A DNA stretch of 57,452 bases, filler included, from Sphacelaria rigidula (taxonomy: Eukaryota), in NCBI GenBank assembly GCA_964200075.2. It is 8 parts of 8 records of this genome, joined end to end, with 100 filler letters (N's around TTAATTAATTAA, not from the genome) between each part and the next. Parts side by side here need not be neighbours in the genome. Positions count along the whole stretch, not along the records: positions 43,167 to 50,259 come from CAXNAA020016517.1; positions 50,360 to 57,452 come from CAXNAA020016518.1; 6 more parts are not named here. One strand, written 5' to 3'. The position numbers and the translations under genes are program-made. Of this stretch, positions 49,501-57,452 are shown piece by piece (the stretch's first letter is position 1; each line of letters starts with the position of its first letter). The notes under the pieces were generated by a model. The model did no database searches, was not told where the DNA came from, and worked only from the letters and a program-made list of their open reading frames with translations.

Positions 49501-50259
49501 AGACAGAGCATGAGTGTGTTTGTGCTGCAGCGTAGTGGTACAGGACATGTCCCACTCGGTAGTTATTCCCCTGATTTCGGGTGGTTCCTCGACTTTTGCC
49601 CAGTGGCGATTTTCAAACGCTCGGCCATAATTGCGCTTCGCGCGAAGATTTTTTACTTCGCTTTGAGTTGCCCCTATCTGTGGGAGGTGAGCCGTATTTG
49701 CAACAAATTATGAGGAAAAAATACCACCACGTAAAAAAATATAATCAGAGATGCGCTGTTGGCCCTACCTCACGGTTCGAGATAATATATTTTTGAGGGG
49801 GGTGGGGTACCACAAGAGTGAGGAGGTCCCATAAGCACAGTCAGCGGAATTCAAAGGGGTGTGCACGCCAAGGCGAGGTACAAAGACTTAAGGATTTCGC
49901 CATGCCAAGCTTCCTGTGTTGGTATAAGACCCACTTAAATGGCAACGAATCTCGATTTGTACAAATATGAGGAATTCAGCCCGTCTACAGGCGATTTTCT
50001 CCCGTGGGTTTATTTTTCGGACAATAGTCCGTTGGGCAATGTTTTCCGGCTAGCTGTGAGCAAACCAGATCATTCTCCGATTTTCTGAGCCGTGACGTTG
50101 GATACATCACCTTTCTGCTGAAATCGGGACACTGTCATGAGGAAGGAAGATAGAGAGGCGTTATTTGTTCCTCCAGACAGTTTTGGGGCAGGTTGGCTCA
50201 CAGATCACTCGATCCAGCCATGGGAATGCTTCCGAAGTTCTGGGAAAAGTGGATGTACA

Positions 50260-50359
50260 NNNNNNNNNNNNNNNNNNNNNNNNNNNNNNNNNNNNNNNNN
50301 NNNTTAATTAATTAANNNNNNNNNNNNNNNNNNNNNNNNNNNNNNNNNNNNNNNNNNNN
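50260..50359. other. Artificial contig spacer
   Basis: N44-TTAATTAATTAA-N44. Confidence 0.98.
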
Positions 50360-50574
50360 TCGCGTGGCCATATCTCTCGAGTAACATGTTTTTTTCCCGT
50401 TTTTGTTCGAGACCGGGGTGCCGATGGCCCCCGCGAATGATGTGCGTGAAACATTCGTAGCGAAAACGGTCAAAATGGCGTGTTTGGCTGCTTTCGCGTT
50501 TCTGGCCATTTTTCGTTCCTTTCTTGGGCAAAATACGAGAAGGTATACCTTTTCTAGTCCATTGCTCAATATTA

Positions 50575-51960
50575 TACTCCGACAATAGTTTACCTGTCAG
50601 CGCCGAATTCAACCGCGATTCACGCAGTTCCTTCAAAACAAATTCAGGCGCAGAAGAACGAATCTTGCGAAGAGATCCCCACGTACGGTCTTCAGCACCG
50701 AACACTTCCCAAACGACTAAAACGGCGACATCACCATTGTCATCTTCAGCGACATGCACCAAAGAAGTCATCCGACATTCACCTTGAGCATACGAATGCT
50801 GAAATACATCTTTTAGTTCCGCAATGATGTGCAACTGCAAGTCATCATAGAAACGCAAACGAGCGCGTGGGCCGAGTGCACGGCGCCAGCAAAAATGCTC
50901 TGACCGTGATCGGCTCCGACCACGCGCCACGGACCTGTCCACGTGGACATCAACTTTGGTGTCACACCTTGCCTACGAGCACGGGCATACAATACGAGAT
51001 CGCCAGCTGCAAACTGGCCCTGAGCAAGCTTGCGTTTGGTTTCGCGAGACACCGCTACAGCAGCTTGCACTTCCTTACAAAACCGCACTTGCTCATCAAC
51101 CACGCCTCGAACCTGGACACGCAACGAATCATCATCCATGACAAGGACGTTCCACTCGCCGCCAGTGACAAAAGCCAGCGCGGAAAACGCTGTACGCGGT
51201 GCACGCCCAAACATCACACAATACGGAGTGTTACGGTAGCGTTCACAAAAACAAGTATTCAACGCCCACTGAGCGGCTGGCGTAACACCAACCCATTCAG
51301 ACACCGCCCGTCTCTGTTCCGACAAAGTGGACCGCAACGCACGAATAACCTCTTTCACCATGCGTTCACAAGCACCTTTCGAACAAGGGGTATACGCAAC
51401 AGCAAATTGGTGTTGCACCTTGAGCGCATCGCTCAGCTGCGCGATCACTCGATTCTTGAAGTGCGTGGCGGAATCGCTGATCAACACACGCGGCACCCCG
51501 AAAGTCTTGCACCAATGAAGCAAGTGCCTAGCCGTAACCTCGGCGGTGCAAGCCTCGGTCGGCTCCAACAAAACGAAATCTGACAAATCATCCATGATAA
51601 CCAAAACGTACCAAAAACTATCGTCCTCAGCAAGCCATAAGCACCTTCAGGTTTGCTACTTCCCACGTAGAGAAAATCAAAGTGAACAACTTCACCTCGC
51701 GCAGTACCATGCACAGTATCGCCATACGGACGAGGTACAATCGCACCAGCACGAGTGTCTAAACAATGCAAACACTGGCGAACGAACTCGCAGACGTGGG
51801 AATCCATCTGAGGCCACGCACAGTATTCTTTCAAACGAAACANNNNNNNNNNCTTATCATCCGACGTAGTCCACAAAACATCACTACTGCCAACACGCAC
51901 GCGAAACAAACCATCGTCAGCCAAAGCAGCTTGACCGAAAGTCGCAGGAGATGACTGAAC
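50575..51960 (-). mobile_element. Ty3/gypsy integrase plus chromodomain-like tail (frameshifted)
   Basis: Zn-binding remnant WPQMDSHVCEFVRQCLHC; DDE core HFDF..., LISDSATHF, GACERMV; GPY/F-like WTGPWRV; chromodomain-like VLVVWEVFGAEDRTWGSL. Confidence 0.92.
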
Positions 51961-52094
51961 ACCGTCGCCGACTGTTTTGCGCTGCGAGGTACATATGACA
52001 TCTACGAGGGCAGCGAATCATCGGCATCACACGGGCTGTACACGGTAACAGTACGAACAGGCGCGGCAGGAACCTTCACCAAGCGAGCTTCAAC

Positions 52095-52700
52095 TGGCGT
52101 AAATAAACCATCAGGCGTGACGATCGTGAGGGTCTCCTGAGCCTCCGGCGCCAGAGGCATCTGCCAGTAGCTGGTCCAACTTGCCAAAGCATTGGGCTCC
52201 CAGCATTCCCCGCATGTCTTCTTAGCTCGGCATCACCCCCGAAGACTGTTCCACCTGCGCGTTCACCACCTGATAGTCGCTGACCAAACGGAATGTGCCC
52301 CTCTTCGGCACCGCCATCGCCGGACTCGCCCACACAGCCTGGAGATTCCCAACCACCAAACCAAACGCCACCAAGGCTGCAATGCATGAGGCAAGCCACA
52401 CGGTCTTCACCGGATCGTAGCGGCGAGGCTTGGCCTTTACAGCCTCCTTCATTGGCTCCACGCGCGCTGGTGGATCACCACGCAGCGCACGATGAAGTGT
52501 GTCTACGCGACGAGCCAAAATATCGCGCGGACAATATGCGCCATCGGCGCTCAGGCCCTTCTGCTCGGCCTGCTGCACGCTCTCCTCAAGCGCACGCTCT
52601 TTCGCACCTCTCTCCTTCGCTGGGTTCATAAACATGTCCGCCCCCCGACCAACAAAGCGCTCCACCACTTCATCAGGCAAGGAAAGATCTGCGCGTAAGC
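52095..52700 (-). mobile_element. Ty3/gypsy reverse transcriptase, N-terminal fragment only
   Basis: KAKPRRY...WASPAMAVPKRGTFRLVSDYQVVNAQV and YWQMPLAPEAQETLTIVTPDGLFTP; stops before the PQG and YxDD motifs. Confidence 0.88.
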
Positions 52701-53950
52701 ATTAAGCCTTGGGATCGACAGGTACCACGCTTGCCGAAAAAACCTGTTCTGTCCCGAGAGCCACCTGACGCCAGGGCTGCGTTCCAGCACTTGGCATCGA
52801 TAACTGAGAATCGTCGGTCCAACCAGACCAAGTCGCCGGATATGCAAACGGCGCTGTTACAGCCGTCGCAGCAGCAGGAGATGCACCAGAGACGGATCCT
52901 GCCTGGTCGGGGGGTTGTGAACTATTCGCTCCAGTACTCCCCACCGACGTATTTACATTTCCCACGTACACTGTCCGCCCCGCTAGGGTCGATCCATACG
53001 ATCCAGAGTCACCACCTGATGACACAGTGGAAGAAACAGCAGCGGAGGAACCACCATCCGCCGCCGATTGCTTGCTATCGCGGCTGCCGCGCCCGCGTCC
53101 GTGGTTCGCACGGCCCCGTCCACCGTGACGACCGCCCCGAGATCCTGATGAATCTCGCGCATTGCCCTGAGCAGCGCCTTCAGCGCAAGGTTTTGGGCAG
53201 TCCTTAATCAGATGTCCGGTGTCGCCGTAGTTGTAACACGCGCGAGTGGACGAAGCTTGCGAAGACTGCTGCTGTTTCTATTGCTGTTGTTGTTTGCGAC
53301 GCATACCACCTGCACTTGTTGCAGAATCGCGCCGGCTATGTGCTTCAATGAACTCCCACTGGTCGGCGGCATCAAAAAATGTTTGGAACACCACTATCGG
53401 ATTCTTTTTCCATCCTTCTACATACGTGCACGCTTCTAACATCCGCCTTGAATTCCGGAGGCGAAATCCCATTCACCAAAGCTATGTAACCGACTCGGCC
53501 GGGCCTGTCAACCAACTCCTGTCCTCCGCACGGTACATGGCTTGAATCGTGAGGTTTTCTGCGAAAAACGTTCCCGTTGATGAACTAATCATCATCATCG
53601 CACGATCCTTCACGGGTTTTCCACCGCTTGGTGGCATAGTAAGAACTCTACGTAGGTCTGCTGGAGTCCGCGCAGTGTCATGCTTGCCGCCGGCTGTGGT
53701 GTACCCCGCATGCTGCTTCGCAGCCCGACGGTCCTTGTACCTATCTGCGAAGCACCGGTGAATATACGTAAGGATGAGTTGTCCGATGCTCGCTCTCTCA
53801 TGCCGTATGATTCCTGTTGTATTGGCCAAATATAGCCTCTCTATGCAGTCGAGATATTTGGCAGAGGAAATTCTTGACGCTTGTTCAGCCCGCACTTCGC
53901 CATTTGGGCGGCTCTAGTGGCTCACCTTACACCAGCGGCGCTGCCGCCGC
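52700..53950 (-). mobile_element. Ty3/gypsy gag region with a mutated zinc knuckle
   Basis: Manual translation at ~53240-53190 RACYNYGDTGHLIKDCP (CCHC knuckle, second Cys replaced by Tyr), Gly/Ser-rich linker and upstream gag-like ORF pieces. Confidence 0.75.
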
Positions 53951-54501
53951 TTGAGCCATGTCGACTAGAATTCAACACTTCACTGAGAGACACTTGCCTG
54001 ACTTATGCATCCTCCAGCCCACGGAGCGCCCCCCTTCTGCTGTGGGCTTCACGTTGGTCTCCTCCTGTCTGCGGGCTAAACTGGCTTCCAGCTGCAGCCC
54101 ACTTTTTTCCTCAGCTAAACTCCTCTAACAGAGTGCCAGAAGAATATTATCTAGATATTGTAGCCTCTACCAGACGATCCGGACAAGAGAACTTTCAACG
54201 AGGGACTCCTCCAGTATCACTGGCCTCGTGCTCGACAAGTCCTTTCTTCTCACTTGGTATTATCACGGAGTGATCCTCAACAGACCACATCACGAGCCAA
54301 CAGCAAGGGGCCACACAGATAAGGACCATTAATCCAGGATCCCCTGTCCCCTGCCACTGCTCCGATGATGCATGCGATTATACTGAAACCTATGGCTTGG
54401 TATCATTTGGCTATAACCCCACCAAAAAAGGCCGAAAATCAAGGACCAGAAGAGTGTAGCCCCCCAGTCGGTTGGCCTGAAGATCCGGAAGATCCAACGA
54501 A

Positions 54502-56066
54502 TTGTTGATTGATTGATTGGTTGATCGGTTGATTGGTACTCTCACATTAGCAGATTCCAACAATCCAGCCCATGGTCAGGAGCAGAAAAAAAGCAGGATA
54601 ATAAAGGAAAAAGAAGGAAAGGAACAGAAAGAGACAGGAGCAACGGCCTCAGAAAGGAAAGAAGAAAGGGAGCAGCGATAACAACAAAAACACCACCACC
54701 ACCACCACCAACAACAACAAACAACAAGAACAAGAACAAACAGCAACAGCAATAACAACAAAATAACGACAAACACGTACACCTACACAAACACAAACAC
54801 AAACACAAACACAAACACAAACACAAACAACACAAGAGGATTATTATCTCGCATGACGTAGCTGATTGCAACACTCCAGCTCGTAACCAGAAACAGTAGA
54901 GGAAAATGAAAAAAAAACAAGAATAGAACGTGAAAACAGGAGTACAAAAGACAAGAAGACAGAGCCAGGCTCGTTTCCGGCGGCGGGAGGGTGCACAGAC
55001 GGAACAAAACAGACAAGAGATCAAGAAACCACCAGAAACATAAGATGAACAAGTCAGAGATGGGAATCAAACACAATGCTCCACGTATCTGGCGTAGGCT
55101 ATGATGAGTTGCTGTTGGTACTGTCGGTCCCACGTGCTGTCGGTGCATCTTGGCCTGCAGCTCTCGCGTGCCGTATCGTTACCTGTGCGTCATCCTTTTG
55201 GCACCAGTCCGCCCTCAACCTTTCTGCTCCCTGTTCAACACAGCTGTGCTACTCTAGTGCATTCAAGGCTCTGGTAATCCATCCCTGCCATTCGATACCG
55301 AACGCCTTCATGTATTCCGCTAGGCAGCGGATCCAGTCCTTGTGCCTACCGTTGAACTTTCTTTCTTGTCCCTTCACCGCTATAATTTCACCGAACATGA
55401 CGTGTTTCGGTATCCGTCCGGGTGATATGCGCGTGTCGAAACCGACGAAATGGAGTCTCCTCTCCCTCACCGTGGTCTCGATGCTTTCGCACCCGGTCCT
55501 CGTAAGGGGGGTTGCCAGGGCCACCGTGAGTACTGCCGTGAAGAACATGTTGAACAGCAGTGGTGCTAGGACGCATCCCTGTCGGAGGCCCTGGTCGATG
55601 TCGAACCATTCTGAGTACTCCCCGTCGTTCGCGCCCACCCGAGCTTGCATACCATCGTGGGATCGACGGATGCTCGAGAGCGACGTCATAGCGTTCCAGA
55701 CCTTTCCACAGCAATGGGCGGTCGACATAATCGTATGCTTTCGTGAGGTCGACGAAACACATGTAGATCGGGATCTGTCGTCTCCGGCCAAGTTCCTAGA
55801 CTCGTCGGACGGTGAACATCACGTCGGCGGTTGAGCGTCCGGGGCGGAAGCCGCACTGCTCTTCAGGCAGAATTCCATTGCCCTCGCAGTAGGTGCTTAG
55901 GCGGCGGGCGATTATCTTGAGGAGCACCTTGGCGGCGTGTGACACGAGTACAGTTCCTCTGTAGTTTCCGCACTCCGTCTGATCGCCTTTTTCGTGGAGC
56001 ATTATGATGGTGGCATCCTTCCATTCTTGTGGCATACGGAGCGCTTGTTGTTTGCCGGAGGTCACA
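54502..56066 (-). mobile_element. 5'-truncated, internally deleted RTE-like LINE with microsatellite-rich 3' UTR and (CAAT)n tail
   Basis: PQEWKDA...NYRG...[38 protein letters not shown], then C-terminal [14 protein letters not shown]. 13-bp flanking repeat AAGAT(C/T)CAACGAA at 54489-54501 and 56067-56079. Confidence 0.92.
54680..54830. repeat. Compound microsatellite (CAC)n/(CAA)n/(ACAAAC)n inside the LINE 3' UTR
   Basis: Direct reading. Confidence 0.9.
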
Positions 56067-57452
56067 AAGATTCAACGAACATGAGTGAACATCTTGCCGA
56101 CACACCAGCCCGAACGGCATCATGCGATGACAACATCAGACCGTTGCCGGATCTGCAGTTTTCGACTTGGACACAGAGATGGACACCGACCGGATTCCGG
56201 GTTGGAGGAGGAACGCCTGGATCCCACGGCGTGAACTGTACAGTCGGGTGCCATACTCTGATCGTTGCAGTTGCACCCACGAGACCACCACTCGGGATAC
56301 TCAAAGCTGTTAGACCGACGCACCACAACCCAAGTAACACGTACCGAAAAATCTCAGATTATCGTCAGCAGCAAAGGTCAATACGGTACCGCCGCTGAAC
56401 ACTGGCAGCTAATATGATTATCCTATTATTATTCCTATATATTATTAGGGAAAATGATCCTCCGCTCGATACTGGGATCAAGTAAGCGTGTGATCCTTCT
56501 CGGAACACTAATTTACGTCAAACGCACGGACTGAAGAGGAGAAAACAGTCTCTCTTCTCTATCCAACTGCAAACGCAGGCCGAAAGATGTTTCGTTGGCA
56601 ACGGTCACGTTGAATGAGTACCACATATAATTTGAAAACCCAGTAGTCCGGATACTACCAATCTGACACATCGCACCCGTGCAAAGCAATTCAGTGTTTT
56701 TTGTCAGCATCGCAAAGCGCTGTACTGTCAACTATATCCTGGAAACCCATCGCCCAACAACGGGACGTCCGACGCACGTGCGCTGCTTGAACGCAGTAGA
56801 ACGCACTGCCATGTACGCTGGTGACTGGTGGAAAAAGCGTAGGGCGCTGCTGTCGAACGCTTTGTCACCTTACTGCCGGGTGGTTGTTCCCGCCTTGGGT
56901 TTGAAAGTGATTTGTGTGTTGTGTGCTGAGCGCCGGACGTTCCCTCGAAAGGAGGTCGCTTTCCTTTCCAGATAATTTGAAGCACACTGTTGTACAGCCC
57001 CCAGGAACAGCGTTGAACTTCGATTTTCACACCGCTAATATATCTCTATCTCAGCGCTTCGAACCCCTTGACCGCAACGGTTTGTGATCTGGGTCTCATA
57101 TTCAATGTTCAAGTGACTGAAGATGGTGCCGACTCTACAGATGACAGATGACTCACCTGGGCGCTCAAAGGGTTGGACACAGTATACAGAATGGATATAC
57201 GCCTCACAAATCCGTTTCAAAACCAAGTCAGACCAACAAACCCCTACCAAGTGGTGAAATTGACTGCAGCAAACACTCATTTTCCGTATATGTTGTGCTG
57301 GGCATGCACCCTTACAAAAAGGTCACGAATTACGAAGAGACAAATGATGCTGTTCGTGTACCCAGCTGTGCAGTGAACCCAAGGTGATCGGCGTGGCTCG
57401 CTTAACCCTTAGACCGCGAGGTTAGTCTTCTGTTGAATCGGTATCAATTTCA

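Noticed and set aside
54160-54375. Candidate 5' LTR of the gypsy element
   Set aside because: No second LTR copy in the contig and no clear primer-binding site, so boundaries cannot be supported.
54542-55148. Cys/Leu/Val-rich ORFs (LCLCLC, FVFVFV)
   Set aside because: Translations of microsatellites in the LINE 3' UTR.

Overview
Eukaryotic, repeat-rich genomic DNA. Brown alga (Phaeophyceae) or a related stramenopile is my inference from exon/intron style, protein content and TE families. The window is not one locus: eight contigs of nearly equal, descending length (7095, 7095, 7094 x4, 7093 x2) are joined by artificial 100-nt N44-TTAATTAATTAA-N44 spacers, so no synteny can be read across spacers. 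Host genes, all partial: four spliced exons of cystathionine beta-synthase (minus, 9329-13289), a 2.5-kb terminal exon of a Gly/Ala-rich TPR-like protein (minus, 14935-17448) and the last three exons of a ZIFL-like MFS transporter (plus, 30279-31964). Most other recognisable sequence is mobile DNA: a tRNA-derived SINE (5 copies), a LINE and its short derivatives ending in oligo(C) that appear to insert at CCCCCG-like sites, an internally deleted RTE-like LINE with a 13-bp TSD, an internally deleted chromodomain Ty3/gypsy element, three hAT-type non-autonomous elements with 8-bp TSDs, a CAC...GTG MITE family and a TA-flanked foldback MITE. I found no CRISPR array, rRNA, functional tRNA or prokaryote-type system. 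The best candidate for something little-described is the C-tailed, apparently target-selective LINE/SINE family; I cannot establish its novelty without a database search.
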